Origin: an uncultured Eubacteriales bacterium
GTDB taxonomy: Bacteria; Acidobacteriota; Aminicenantia; Aminicenantales; Aminicenantaceae
NCBI GenBank assembly: GCA_964400735.1
Contig: CAYNVQ010000003.1
Coordinates: 1 to 64,000 of the forward strand
Reading direction: 5' to 3'
Length of the DNA stretch: 64,000 nt
Both the position numbers and the translations under genes were made by a program. The notes under the pieces are model-generated. The model was not told the DNA's origin. It made no database searches and worked only from the letters and a program-made list of their open reading frames with translations. Positions 9,750-20,045 of this stretch are shown here, piece by piece (the stretch's first letter is position 1; each line of letters starts with the position of its first letter).

Positions 9750-10310
9750 ATGAAAATCAGAAATCTCATCGAAATGCAGGCGAGAATCATCCAAGCTTTT
9801 TTTCAAGAAAAAGAGGAGCTCTTTGAACGTGCTGTAGATATGATTTCGGAACGATTGAAAGAAGGCCGAAAAATCCTCGTCTTCGGAAATGGAGGGAGTG
9901 CAGCCCAAGCCCAGCATTTTGCTTCGGAATTGGTCAATAAATTCTTGAAATCGAGACCAGCCATTCCTGCACTATCCCTTGCCATAGACTCGTCCTCTCT
10001 CACTTCCATAGCTAACGATAGTTCTTTCGAGTACGTGTTCAGTCGCCAGATGGAGGCTTTGGGGGAGGCAGGGGATATCGCGGTTGCGCTGACCACCAGC
10101 GGGAATTCGCCTAATATTTTGCGGGCCATTCAGACAGCTAGAAAGAAAGGCCTTATGACCCTAGCCTTGACAGGAGAAGGGGGTGGGGAAATCGGTCCTT
10201 TTTGCGATATTTTGCTAGATATCCCTTCACAGGAAACTCCCCGTGTGCAGGAAGCCCATCTATTCCTTCTGCATCTATTATCCCAGATGATCGAAGAGAG
10301 AGTCGGTTAA
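9750..10310 (+). CDS. gmhA: Sedoheptulose-7-phosphate isomerase (SIS domain; GmhA/DiaA family)
   Basis: 186 aa. SIS motif ILVFGNGGSAAQAQHFASE. Confidence 0.75.
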   Translation: MKIRNLIEMQARIIQAFFQEKEELFERAVDMISERLKEGRKILVFGNGGSAAQAQHFASELVNKFLKSRPAIPALSLAIDSSSLTSIANDSSFEYVFSRQMEALGEAGDIAVALTTSGNSPNILRAIQTARKKGLMTLALTGEGGGEIGPFCDILLDIPSQETPRVQEAHLFLLHLLSQMIEERVG

Positions 10311-12151
10311 CGACCCCTCCATAAACGTTCTCTCCGCGGCCTTGTTTTGGACACCCAGGGCTGGGGAGGTTTTTCGGCTGGCATCTGTTCCGCCTTCTCT
10401 GACACAGGTACGGAAACGCTCTGCTTTTTCTGGCCTTTCGCAATCTGAAAAGAGCGTTCTGCAGCACGTTGGATCTCAGGCCTGAGTCCTTCGGAGGCGA
10501 TTTCCTCGGTGAATTCTTTTCGGCCTTCTACGAGATCGGCGATGTATCTCTGGATTTGCTCTTCGGAATAGAAGCGGCGCGGATCCCACTCGTCCAGTGA
10601 CTTATCTCCACAGCGTATGATTCCTCTTGTTCCAAGAATCCCTTTTTCGTACAGGTTTGTACCCCGCAGATCTCCTCTTTGGATTTGGGCCATGAGGTTG
10701 ATGGGAACGCGTCTGACTTTTCGAATCAACCTTTTTTTCTTTTTTCCGTTTTCTTCTGTTTCTTCGATAATTTCACCCATCCCCCCTGTATTGTACTGCA
10801 AGAATTTCAGTTTTCCCGGGTAATTGTTGACGAGTGTCATAATGATTTCATAGAAACGATTGACCTTTTTGGCCCTGGGCCCCACGATAAAAGGATCTGT
10901 TCCCACGATCCTTACGGATTCTCCTGCCTTGAGGGGCTGACTGGCATAGCTATGAGTGCTTTCTCCCCAGAGATAGGCCAGAACAGCCTGTTCGGGAGTG
11001 AGTTCTTGCGCGAAACTCATGATGGTGTTTCTACGGGTGATGAAGGCGAAGATGAGTCCATCCAGTTCATCAAGGGGGGGAAGATTGATGGAGTCGGAGA
11101 AGATATCGACCTTTTTACCTTGGATTTCGACCCAGAGTTTTTTGCGCTGGAGAACGGCCCTTCCATTGGCGGTCAAGCTTTCGTCCATGAAGTCGACTTC
11201 CCCGTTAGCCTTGATCATGACGTTTTCGAAAAGAGCCGATTTATCCGTCAGAGCGTTATACATGGCTTCCTGGTATTCTTTTTCCACGTCGGTCTTGACA
11301 AAAAAGTTGTTTTCCGAGCCTAAAGCTGATCCGTCTTTCCTCAGAAATACGATATCATCTTGAGTGACGAGAGTCCTCTCTCCCTGGGCACTGTCCAGCC
11401 CCAGTTGATGGCAGGACCAGGTGGATTTTCCGGTCGCAGTCAGTCCGAACAGAAAGACTCCATAGGTCTTGAGCTTATTATCTGGATTGCGGGCCGTCAC
11501 AATTTTTGTTCCTGCATGCAGCCCGAGCATTCCTTTTTGGTCGGCTGTCCACATGGCCTGGCGGAGAAATCCTTTTTTATCCTCGCCCATATAGTCTGTC
11601 CCCAGAGCAATGTTGATATTGTATTCCGGAAGCACCAGAACCTGCTGTCTCAAAGGATGTTCCTCTGGAATGTGAATCATGATAAATTCAGGGCCAGGAC
11701 GGGCGGAGGGCTTGAACATGGTCATCCCCCACATATAAGCCAGGCGATAATTGATGAGGTCGGCCGCTGACACATAAAGATTGCAGAGAGGATTATAGAA
11801 ATCGTTTTCGCCCATTTGCCTTCGAATGTGGCAGAAAGGCATTGTCCGGATGAGATGAAGAACCTTATCCAGCTCATGCGGAGAGTTGGCAATCAGTGAT
11901 TTTTGTTCCTCAGTCGGACGAGGAAGCCGGATTTCTTCGCTCCCAAGATAGACCGTCTTGGGGGCAATCCGGCTGGATATGGATGCCCGCCAGCCGTAAG
12001 AGCCGAATTTTGTTTTTATTCCAGTAGCTTTGGCTCGTGATTCCAGCCAGCCAAGGTCTACGGGCTGGATGTTGGCTCCTTTGAGGGCGAAAGTAAGCTC
12101 CTCGGCAAATCGTTTGTAGGCATGATCGTTATAAAGGCTGTTTTCGCTCAT
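10307..12151 (-). CDS. pckA: Divergent ATP-dependent phosphoenolpyruvate carboxykinase (PckA family)
   Basis: 614 aa. Has the PckA hallmark blocks YMGEDKKG (compare YGGEMKKG), kinase-1a FGLTATGKST (compare GLSGTGKTT) and kinase-2-like LVTQDDIVFLRKDG (compare LIGDDEHGWDDDG). Overlaps the upstream gene by 4 nt. Confidence 0.6.
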   Translation of the reverse strand: MSENSLYNDHAYKRFAEELTFALKGANIQPVDLGWLESRAKATGIKTKFGSYGWRASISSRIAPKTVYLGSEEIRLPRPTEEQKSLIANSPHELDKVLHLIRTMPFCHIRRQMGENDFYNPLCNLYVSAADLINYRLAYMWGMTMFKPSARPGPEFIMIHIPEEHPLRQQVLVLPEYNINIALGTDYMGEDKKGFLRQAMWTADQKGMLGLHAGTKIVTARNPDNKLKTYGVFLFGLTATGKSTWSCHQLGLDSAQGERTLVTQDDIVFLRKDGSALGSENNFFVKTDVEKEYQEAMYNALTDKSALFENVMIKANGEVDFMDESLTANGRAVLQRKKLWVEIQGKKVDIFSDSINLPPLDELDGLIFAFITRRNTIMSFAQELTPEQAVLAYLWGESTHSYASQPLKAGESVRIVGTDPFIVGPRAKKVNRFYEIIMTLVNNYPGKLKFLQYNTGGMGEIIEETEENGKKKKRLIRKVRRVPINLMAQIQRGDLRGTNLYEKGILGTRGIIRCGDKSLDEWDPRRFYSEEQIQRYIADLVEGRKEFTEEIASEGLRPEIQRAAERSFQIAKGQKKQSVSVPVSEKAEQMPAEKPPQPWVSKTRPRRERLWRGR

Positions 12152-14508
12152 TTGAGATATTCTTCTTCGGTCTCCCCTTTCATCACGCGTTTGATGTCCT
12201 CGGTAGAGGCAACTCCACTGTTGAATAAGTAACAGGTTGTATTCTGCAGAAGCTGGCGGAAAAAATTCTTTTGGTATTCGATTCTTTCAGGAGAGGTCAT
12301 CAAGAGATGGGGATTGTAGAAGGGCTGGCTTTTCGTCGGTCCGAGGGCCGTTTTCCATCCGGGACTTTCTCCGGACTCAAGGATTCTAAGGGCGTCATCG
12401 ATTTCCAACCTGATCAAAGGAGGAGAGGAGGTATCGGTGCGCAGGATAAAGACCCAGCGCAGCTGGGTCCTTTTGACATGCTTAGCCGGACCTTCGATCC
12501 AGTATGGGTCGAGGAGAGCCACCGCCCTTTTGGAAGCCTTATAACAGAAAGGAGAACCCCGGTCGAGACGGCAATCATCGGCACGAAGACATTCGGCGTT
12601 TTCGCAATTATCTTTGCGGATGATGACATTTTCGCATTTGCTGTTGTCCAGGAGTGGAGCCAGGTGGGTGTAAAATTCGACGGCTTGGGTAGGAATGAGG
12701 AGCTTCCTTTCGACGGAATCGGCAAGAACCCGAGCTCCCGAGAAGCGGGCGAAGAGAATGTCATTGGAGAGGAGACGGAAGTCCTTTTCCTGAAGTAGAG
12801 CATAAAAAAGATCTGACTTCTTCGTTCCCTTGGGGCCGACAAGGACCAATCCTTGCCCTTCCACATCGGCTGACATGCCACGCAATGTATAGGTGCCGAA
12901 CTGTCGCTCGGAGACATCCATGACCAGACCCAGGGCGAGACTTCTTAATGGGGAGTAGTTATCCGTGTTAACCAAGATACCGGTTTTCGACTCGGAATTG
13001 TAGAACCCTCGTGATTCCCGGCCAGGGATTCCATCCACTGCATAGATGATTCCATGAGGCTCGAGTTCGGCCTCCAGTTGGGCCGGATACCAGTTTTCAA
13101 TCCAGAAATCATTTAGATGGGATACATTGGTCCGAAGCTGGACAATTACGCCGTTTATGTTGGCGTTCCACTCAAAATAGTTCTCGTAACTGAAAGCCTC
13201 CTCCATCTCGGTCACGAGCGCATCACGGACAGGCAGGGAAATCGAGGAGTCAACGGGTACGGATGTCTTTACACGGGTGCGCGTGTTGTTAAGAGTGATG
13301 CGTCTGACTTTCTTGGGTGTTTTGAGCTGGGAGACGGCATGGATTATCCTGTCCATACCCTTTTCGAGATTCCCCATCGAGGTGGCATAGGATAGGCGGA
13401 TGCATCTGTCAGCCCCGAAGGCATCTCCCGGCACGATGGCCACCTTGGCCTCCTTGAGAAGATAGTAAGCGAGACCGTAGGAGTTGCGGATGACCATGTT
13501 GTTAAATTCCTTCTCGTAGGTGACGGAAAAGTTGGGAAAAAGGTAGAAGGCGCCGTCAGGTTTATTGCAGGAAACACCGGGGATACTCTGGAGCCTCATC
13601 AAGGCATAATTTCTTCTCCTCTGGAATTCTGAAACCATTTTGGAGACCTCGTGCTGAGGCCCCTTCAAGGCCTCTAAACTGGCCTTCTGAGAAATGGAAC
13701 AGGGATTGGAAGTGCTGTGGCTCTGGATTTTGGCCATTCCGTCTATGATGTCGGAGGAACCCGCAGCGAACCCGATTCTCCATCCAGTCATAGAATAGGA
13801 TTTGGATACCCCGTTGATCACGATGGTTCTTTTCTTGATCTCATCTCCTAGGGAGGCGAAACTGTAGAAACGGAAATCGTCATAGACCAGCTTCTCGTAG
13901 ATTTCATCCGCGATAACATAGATATCTTCCTCCAGCACAACTTCCGCCAAAGCCTCCAGGGCCTGTCTTGGGTAAGCCGCTCCGGTAGGATTGGAGGGAT
14001 TGTTCAAGATAAAGGCCTTTGTAGCCGGAGTAATGGCTGCCTTCAGCTCATCCGGCCTCAACAGGAATCCATTCTCTTCCTTGGTGGGAACGATCACGCC
14101 TTTTCCTCCGGCAAGAGAGACGGCGTGGGGATAGGTTACCCAATAAGGAGCAGGGATGATGACTTCATCTCCCAAGTTGACCAATGCCTGCACGAGATGG
14201 TAGAGGGAACTTTTGGCACCCGAGGAGACGATGATCTCGTTTTTATCGTATTCCAGGCCCTGGTCTTCCTTTAACCTTTGGATGATCGCCTCCTTAAGGG
14301 CCGGGATCCCATCGTTCTGGGTGTACTTGGTGAAATTTTCCTCGATAGCCCGGATTCCCGCCTGCTTCACATTCTCTGGGGTCGGAAAGTCCGGCTCCCC
14401 GACGCTGAGATCGATGACATCGATACCCTCGGCCTTCATGGACTTAGCCTTGGCCGAGACCTTCAAGGTTGGAGATTCTCCGATCTTGTTTGCTTTTTCT
14501 GATACCAT
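12148..14508 (-). CDS. Fusion protein: N-terminal class-I PLP aspartate/aromatic aminotransferase plus C-terminal HprK-like (PEPCK-fold) P-loop domain
   Basis: 786 aa. Residues 1-400 read as AspAT-like (LSVGEPDFPTP, NGVSKSYSMTGWRIG with the PLP lysine). The C-terminal 380 residues have the P-loop LVLVGPKGTKKSDLFYALLQEKDFRLLSNDI, which parallels HprK GDSGVGKSE-ALEL...G-LVADD. A 5-Cys cluster follows. Confidence 0.6.
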   Translation of the reverse strand: MVSEKANKIGESPTLKVSAKAKSMKAEGIDVIDLSVGEPDFPTPENVKQAGIRAIEENFTKYTQNDGIPALKEAIIQRLKEDQGLEYDKNEIIVSSGAKSSLYHLVQALVNLGDEVIIPAPYWVTYPHAVSLAGGKGVIVPTKEENGFLLRPDELKAAITPATKAFILNNPSNPTGAAYPRQALEALAEVVLEEDIYVIADEIYEKLVYDDFRFYSFASLGDEIKKRTIVINGVSKSYSMTGWRIGFAAGSSDIIDGMAKIQSHSTSNPCSISQKASLEALKGPQHEVSKMVSEFQRRRNYALMRLQSIPGVSCNKPDGAFYLFPNFSVTYEKEFNNMVIRNSYGLAYYLLKEAKVAIVPGDAFGADRCIRLSYATSMGNLEKGMDRIIHAVSQLKTPKKVRRITLNNTRTRVKTSVPVDSSISLPVRDALVTEMEEAFSYENYFEWNANINGVIVQLRTNVSHLNDFWIENWYPAQLEAELEPHGIIYAVDGIPGRESRGFYNSESKTGILVNTDNYSPLRSLALGLVMDVSERQFGTYTLRGMSADVEGQGLVLVGPKGTKKSDLFYALLQEKDFRLLSNDILFARFSGARVLADSVERKLLIPTQAVEFYTHLAPLLDNSKCENVIIRKDNCENAECLRADDCRLDRGSPFCYKASKRAVALLDPYWIEGPAKHVKRTQLRWVFILRTDTSSPPLIRLEIDDALRILESGESPGWKTALGPTKSQPFYNPHLLMTSPERIEYQKNFFRQLLQNTTCYLFNSGVASTEDIKRVMKGETEEEYLK

Positions 14509-14529
14509 GGCTGACCTTATCTGGAAAGA

Positions 14530-15942
14530 TTATTCTTCTTTTTTTTCTTGGTTCTCTGAAGCCAACTTCCTCTTCAGGTATTCCTTCAGGTCCACTCCAG
14601 TCAGCGATTTGACCACGTCTGGCATCTGAGCCAGGATGTCTGCCACTTGAGAGGTGATTTTAGTCGTCCCCAGGTTTTTGTCACTGCCTATGACCACGAT
14701 CTTGTCCACTTTGGAAAGGGGTTCTGAGACAGCTTTCGCCAAGTCAGGCAGCATTTTGAGATACATCTCGAGGATAGCGGCCTGGTTGTATTTTTCCCAA
14801 GCTTGGGCTTTTTTTAGCATGAATTCGGCCTCGGCCAGACCCAATTGTTTGATTTTTTCCGCTTCGGCGATCCCTTCCAATTTTTTTGCATCTGCCTTGG
14901 CCCTCGCTTCAGCCTGGATACGGAATTCCTCAGCCTCGGCCTCGGCCTTCATCTGATATTTTCGAGCGTCTGCCGGCTTGATGACATTTGCATCGAGCTC
15001 TTTTTCTTTGCGGGTAATCTCGAGTTCATCTATTTTTATGGCTTCTTGTTTCTCGATGAGCCTAACTTTGGCCTCCTCCTTTTTCAAGTCTTGAGATAGG
15101 CGGGATCGTTCTATTTCGTAGGCGAAATCGGCCTGGGCTTTCTTCTCGTTGACCAAAACTTGAGATTGCGCCTTCTTCGCTTCATTTTCCCATTGGGCTT
15201 TGGCAATCAATGCCTCGGCAGCCAAACGGGCAATCTCTCCTTCTTTTCTCGCTTCCGAGGATTTTATGGTGGCTTCTTTCTCGGTCTCGGCTTCCGCGAT
15301 GGCTGCGTCTCTTTTCGCTGCGGCAATCTGAGGTTTTCCAAGAGCGTCCAGGTAGCCCTGGGTGTCGCTGATGTCTTTGAGGGCAAACGACATCATGTTC
15401 AGGCCCATACGGGAAAAATCGCTGCGTGCGGCCTCGATGACCTTATCCGAGAAATCTAGCCGGTCCTTGTATATTTCTTCCACGGTCATTGTTCCCATTA
15501 CCGCTCTCATCTTGCCTTCGAGCACGGTTTCAGCCACAGACCTGATCCCTTCTTTTCCCACCCCCAGGAATTGTTCAGCAGCAATCTGGATGGAATGATC
15601 CGCGGAATCGATTTTGACTTGGGCCACACCCTCGGCCATAAGAGGAACGCCGCCCTGGGTGAGAACTTCGGGGGTCTTGATGTTTATGGTGATGGCTTCC
15701 ATCGGAAGGATGTTGACCGTTTCCAGAAAGGGCAAGACGAAAGTGCCTCCTCCTAATCGATACCGATAGCCGATTTTTACCTTTGTCCCGTCTGGGGCAA
15801 TCACGGTGCGTTTTCTTCCCCCGGATATAATGAGGACTTCATTTGGCCCCACTTTTCTGTATTGTTTAGCTAGAAGAAAGGCTAAAAATGCCAATAGGAG
15901 AACGATGATACCGATCAGGATCAATTGAGATATTAAAGTCAT
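14530..15942 (-). CDS. Flotillin-like SPFH/band-7 protein (YqiK/FloT family)
   Basis: 470 aa. N-terminal transmembrane helix, an SPFH domain, and a long coiled coil with AEAE/EA repeats. Lies 21 nt upstream of the aminotransferase fusion gene. Confidence 0.8.
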   Translation of the reverse strand: MTLISQLILIGIIVLLLAFLAFLLAKQYRKVGPNEVLIISGGRKRTVIAPDGTKVKIGYRYRLGGGTFVLPFLETVNILPMEAITINIKTPEVLTQGGVPLMAEGVAQVKIDSADHSIQIAAEQFLGVGKEGIRSVAETVLEGKMRAVMGTMTVEEIYKDRLDFSDKVIEAARSDFSRMGLNMMSFALKDISDTQGYLDALGKPQIAAAKRDAAIAEAETEKEATIKSSEARKEGEIARLAAEALIAKAQWENEAKKAQSQVLVNEKKAQADFAYEIERSRLSQDLKKEEAKVRLIEKQEAIKIDELEITRKEKELDANVIKPADARKYQMKAEAEAEEFRIQAEARAKADAKKLEGIAEAEKIKQLGLAEAEFMLKKAQAWEKYNQAAILEMYLKMLPDLAKAVSEPLSKVDKIVVIGSDKNLGTTKITSQVADILAQMPDVVKSLTGVDLKEYLKRKLASENQEKKEE

Positions 15943-16176
15943 CTGAACCTCCTTTTTATTAGGGCGATTAAAGAGGGAATGATATTTGTGGCTTCATATT
16001 GTATTTTAACCGTTCCAGTTATGATGTGAAATAAAATAGTTTATCCTGATATCCGGTTATTTTCAAGAAAATTATAGGCTCCGTCGACATATCAGAAACC
16101 CTCCTCTTTTGGGATTCCTCTGTTTAAGGTCTTGAAGGCAGGTCGATGCCTATTGGGTCATTATGGACTAGATTGT

Positions 16177-17106
16177 TCACACAATTTTTTGGAAGTAAGC
16201 GATCGTTTCCTTGAGCCCTTCCTCTAGGGAAACATGAGGCTGCCAACCGAGTTTATCCTTGGCCAATGAGATATCAGGACATCGGCGGTCAGGGTCATCC
16301 TGGGGCAAAGGTTTATGGATGACCGGGGAGGAACTTCGCGTAAGAGAAATGATTTTATGCGCCAGGTCCAGAATGCTGAATTCGGAAGGATCCCCGAGGT
16401 TAACCGGTCCGGTAAAATCGTGGCTGTCCATCATGGCTACAAGGCCTGATACGAGGTCCGTGACATAACAAAAAGAACGGGTCTGGCTTCCCTCCCCGTA
16501 GACGGTTATCGGTTCGCTCCTGAGAGCCTGGATGATGAAATTACTAATCACTCTTCCGTCATCCACCGCCATCCTGGGTCCATAGGTGTTGAAAATACGG
16601 GCGATTTTGATGTCGACATTATTTTGGCGGTGGTAATCCATCATCAAGGTTTCAGCCACTCGCTTGCCCTCGTCATAACAGCTGCGGGGTCCTATGGGAT
16701 TGACATAGCCCCAATAGGTTTCCACTTGAGGGTGCACTTGGGGATTTCCGTATACCTCGGATGTGGAAGCGAGGAGTATTTTGGCCTTTGTTCTTTTAGC
16801 CAATCCCAGCATGTTGATGGTGCCCATCACATTGGTTTTGACGGTTTTGATGGCATTGTGTTGGTAGTGGATAGGGGATGCGGGACAGGCAAGATGAAAG
16901 ATTTGATCGACTTCCACAAAAAGAGGATGAATGATATCATGCCGAATCAACTCGAAATGAGAATGGGGAAGAAGATGTCGGACATTATTCTTGCTTCCGG
17001 AAAAAAAATTATCGACACATATGACATCATCCCCTTTTTCCACAAAATATTCACAGAGATGACTTCCCAAAAATCCTGCGCCGCCTGTAATGAGGGTCCG
17101 GTTCAT
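16177..17106 (-). CDS. UDP-glucuronate decarboxylase / UDP-xylose synthase (SDR-family NAD-dependent epimerase/dehydratase)
   Basis: 309 aa. Rossmann motif [10 protein letters not shown]. YxxxK catalytic signature. UXS-like length. Confidence 0.7.
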   Translation of the reverse strand: MNRTLITGGAGFLGSHLCEYFVEKGDDVICVDNFFSGSKNNVRHLLPHSHFELIRHDIIHPLFVEVDQIFHLACPASPIHYQHNAIKTVKTNVMGTINMLGLAKRTKAKILLASTSEVYGNPQVHPQVETYWGYVNPIGPRSCYDEGKRVAETLMMDYHRQNNVDIKIARIFNTYGPRMAVDDGRVISNFIIQALRSEPITVYGEGSQTRSFCYVTDLVSGLVAMMDSHDFTGPVNLGDPSEFSILDLAHKIISLTRSSSPVIHKPLPQDDPDRRCPDISLAKDKLGWQPHVSLEEGLKETIAYFQKIV

Positions 17107-17169
17107 ATTATTCTCCCTTAATTCCTTTTGCCCTGCATAATATTTTGACTGGCCTATTCGAACCGCGGA

Positions 17170-17913
17170 TTATCCGTAAGCCATGAACATAAGGCTTTTC
17201 TGTTTGAGAAGGTCTTTTTGTGCGGCGACGAGCTCCGCTATGCCTTTGCTGGCTAAACTCAACAGGGTGTTGAAGTCTTTTTTTGTGAAGGGCGATTTTT
17301 CGGCTGTTACCTGGATTTCCACGATTTTTCCTGTGTCGGTCTTGACGACATTCATATCGGTATCCGCTGATGAGTCTTCGAGGTAATCCAGGTCGAGGAA
17401 AAACTCGCCGTTGACGATGCCGACGCTAACGGCACTCACTAGGTTTTTTAGAGGCATCCTGTCGATAATCCCCTCTTCCATCAATTTCCTGAGAGCAAGA
17501 GCCAAGGCGATACACCCTACAGTGATGGAAGCTGTCCTGGTCCCTCCATCGGCCTGAATGACATCACAGTCAATGGTGATGGTCCTCTCTCCAAGAATGG
17601 TGAGATCGGTTACCGTCCGGAGCGAGCGGCCGATGAGGCGTTGAATCTCTTGAGTACGTCCGGATGGCCGGCCGAGGTTTCTCTCTCGGACGGACCTTTT
17701 TTCTGTAGAACATGGGAGCATGCCGTATTCGGCCGTGATCCAGCCGGTCGCACTTCCTTTGAGAAAAGAGGGGACTTTTTCCTCAATGGTGGCGGCTGCC
17801 ACGACTTTCGTCTTTCCGATTTCGATAGAGGCCGATCCATCGGCGAATTCAAAATAGTCTGCCTTCAAAGACAAGGGGCGCAAGGCGTTAGATGAACGTT
17901 TGGCGGCTCTCAT
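17170..17913 (-). CDS. rph: Ribonuclease PH
   Basis: 247 aa. Conserved RNase PH blocks, including GRTQEIQRLIGRSLR and TAEYGMLP. Confidence 0.85.
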   Translation of the reverse strand: MRAAKRSSNALRPLSLKADYFEFADGSASIEIGKTKVVAAATIEEKVPSFLKGSATGWITAEYGMLPCSTEKRSVRERNLGRPSGRTQEIQRLIGRSLRTVTDLTILGERTITIDCDVIQADGGTRTASITVGCIALALALRKLMEEGIIDRMPLKNLVSAVSVGIVNGEFFLDLDYLEDSSADTDMNVVKTDTGKIVEIQVTAEKSPFTKKDFNTLLSLASKGIAELVAAQKDLLKQKSLMFMAYG

Positions 17914-18830
17914 TATTCTTTGTTAGAAATTCCCTCTTCCTCCGGCCTGGTTTTCCAACGGTTGTGAAACCAGAACCAGAAGTCGGGGTGTTCCTCAATT
18001 TGATCCTGTATAATCTTAGTGCATAATTGTGTGATTTTCAATACATCTTCCTTTTCATCTCCCGATAGGCCGATCTTGAGGGGCGGGCCGATTTTGAGGC
18101 GATAGCAGCACTTGGATGCAGGATAACAAAAAACTGGGACAAGAGGAGCCATTGTTTTGAGATGAAAAATAGCCAGGCTGGGGGTGGTGGCCGCTGCCTG
18201 GCCAAAAAAGTCGATAAACACGGCTTGATGGCGTAAGACATTTTGATCGATAAGGATGGCCACCATGGCCTTAGACTTCAGGGCACGGAGGATGGGCTTG
18301 GCGGCAAATTGTTTATAGATAACCTCGGCGCCTAGACTCTCTCTTGTTCTCATGAGTTCTTTCTCTAGCAACCTGTTATCCAAGGTGCGGGCGACAACAT
18401 AGAGCTTTCCTAGCTGGGAGATGCAGGCGGGGGCTAACTCCCAATTTCCATAATGAGCGGAAAAGAGCAGCGCGCCTCTACCTTGCTGAAGAGCCTTGTC
18501 CAAATGTTCTATTCCTTCCACGATCAAAAGTCGCCGGACTTTATCAAGGCGTTGATGCTGCATCTTGAGAACCTCAAAGAGGACACGCCCCAACTGTTTG
18601 AAGGAAGCCTTGGCTGTTCTCTTTCGGTCCGCGACAGACAGCTTTGCACCTAAGGCGATACTCAGGTTGACCAAAGCGACATCCCGATGTTTTTTATCCA
18701 CATAATAGACCATTGATCCGAGCGTCTCGCCCAAAAATTGGCAGAATGAACGGGGAAGAATAAAAAGAGGAACTTTGAGCAAGAGGAAACCCAGATATTC
18801 CGCTGCTTCCTTAATGCGATGGCTGGTCAT
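17913..18830 (-). CDS. lpxL: Lipid A biosynthesis late acyltransferase (LpxL/HtrB family)
   Basis: 305 aa. LpxL-family architecture with the C-terminal HPDFWFWFHNRWK signature. Adjacent to lpxK. Confidence 0.75.
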   Translation of the reverse strand: MTSHRIKEAAEYLGFLLLKVPLFILPRSFCQFLGETLGSMVYYVDKKHRDVALVNLSIALGAKLSVADRKRTAKASFKQLGRVLFEVLKMQHQRLDKVRRLLIVEGIEHLDKALQQGRGALLFSAHYGNWELAPACISQLGKLYVVARTLDNRLLEKELMRTRESLGAEVIYKQFAAKPILRALKSKAMVAILIDQNVLRHQAVFIDFFGQAAATTPSLAIFHLKTMAPLVPVFCYPASKCCYRLKIGPPLKIGLSGDEKEDVLKITQLCTKIIQDQIEEHPDFWFWFHNRWKTRPEEEGISNKE

Positions 18831-18837
18831 GGATATT

Positions 18838-19827
18838 TCAATCTCCCTTCAAGGAGGATGCCATATCTTGGTAGAAGTCCTCATCCACCTGAACGCTTAT
18901 CCGGTTGTAGCATACGGATACAGGAGGATCCTTTACCGGGCTCTTCAGCTTAAAAACGTCCTTTTCTGTGGTAAGGATGACATCTGCGTCGATTTTTTGA
19001 ATGGTCCTGTTTATCTTCTTCATTGAAGAAAGCGGATAAGAATGATGATCGGGAAATTTCAGGAAATGAAGGGGATTGATTCCACTTTCCTCTAGGAGTG
19101 AGAAAAATCCATCCGGACGGGCAATGCCGCAAACGGCCAAGATGCGCCTTTTCTTCAAGGTTTCCACCGGGACAGATTGGTTGTCTTCAGAGGAAAAAAA
19201 TCCTTCGTTTTTGATCGAGTAAAGGAAGACCTTGGCTTGAGGGAATCTTTTCCTTATTCTGTTTTTGGAATCCGGACTGCCGCTTTCCTTTACCAAGATA
19301 AAGTCTGCTCTTCGAAGCGAACAAATGAATTCTCGAAGGAGGATCTTTTCTTCCGGATCGAAGAGGACAACGTCATGATTCCGGTGCAGTCGTCTATGCT
19401 GGAATCCATCATCCAAGATAAACACGTCAAAGCCATCCTGCTCGGCTTTTCGGCAGGAGTCCAGTCGGCTTGTGCCCACGTATATTCCAGCCTGTGGGAT
19501 ACGGCGCGATACCATAAATGGCTCATCTCCGGCTTCGTGCCAAGACCCGTATACTCGTTTACCATCTGAGAGAACCCCACCGGTTCTCTCCCACTTTCCT
19601 CTATAGCCTCTTGTGATCAGGGCAGGTTTGAGGCCTTTATCCAGAAGGACAGAGAGTAGCTGCATGGCTAGAGGGGTTTTTCCCGTCCCACCGAAGGCGA
19701 TATTTCCCACACTGATGACAGGCTGGAGCACGCCTTGAGTTTTTAAAAGTCCCGAGTCATAGAGGGAGCGATAGATCCAACTTCCAGCCCGGAAGATAAA
19801 GGTTAAGGGATACAGAACCCAATTCAT
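18838..19827 (-). CDS. lpxK: Tetraacyldisaccharide 4'-kinase
   Basis: 329 aa. P-loop SVGNIAFGGTGKTP is diagnostic of LpxK. Confidence 0.85.
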   Translation of the reverse strand: MNWVLYPLTFIFRAGSWIYRSLYDSGLLKTQGVLQPVISVGNIAFGGTGKTPLAMQLLSVLLDKGLKPALITRGYRGKWERTGGVLSDGKRVYGSWHEAGDEPFMVSRRIPQAGIYVGTSRLDSCRKAEQDGFDVFILDDGFQHRRLHRNHDVVLFDPEEKILLREFICSLRRADFILVKESGSPDSKNRIRKRFPQAKVFLYSIKNEGFFSSEDNQSVPVETLKKRRILAVCGIARPDGFFSLLEESGINPLHFLKFPDHHSYPLSSMKKINRTIQKIDADVILTTEKDVFKLKSPVKDPPVSVCYNRISVQVDEDFYQDMASSLKGD

Positions 19828-20045
19828 CCTATGGGACTATACACTAACTTTTTCCCGGTTTCAAGGTCGGACCTGGATCATTCAGATGAGACAGACCGGG
19901 GGAGGCCTATTGACACTCCGGGCTGAAAAATGGTTCACAACTCAGTCCAACCTTTTTGCCTGACATCTAGGGTTTTCCTTATCCTTTACTTCTTGGGCCT
20001 AATTTTTTATAATATTGCCGATCCATCGACAGGAGGAAGATAAAA

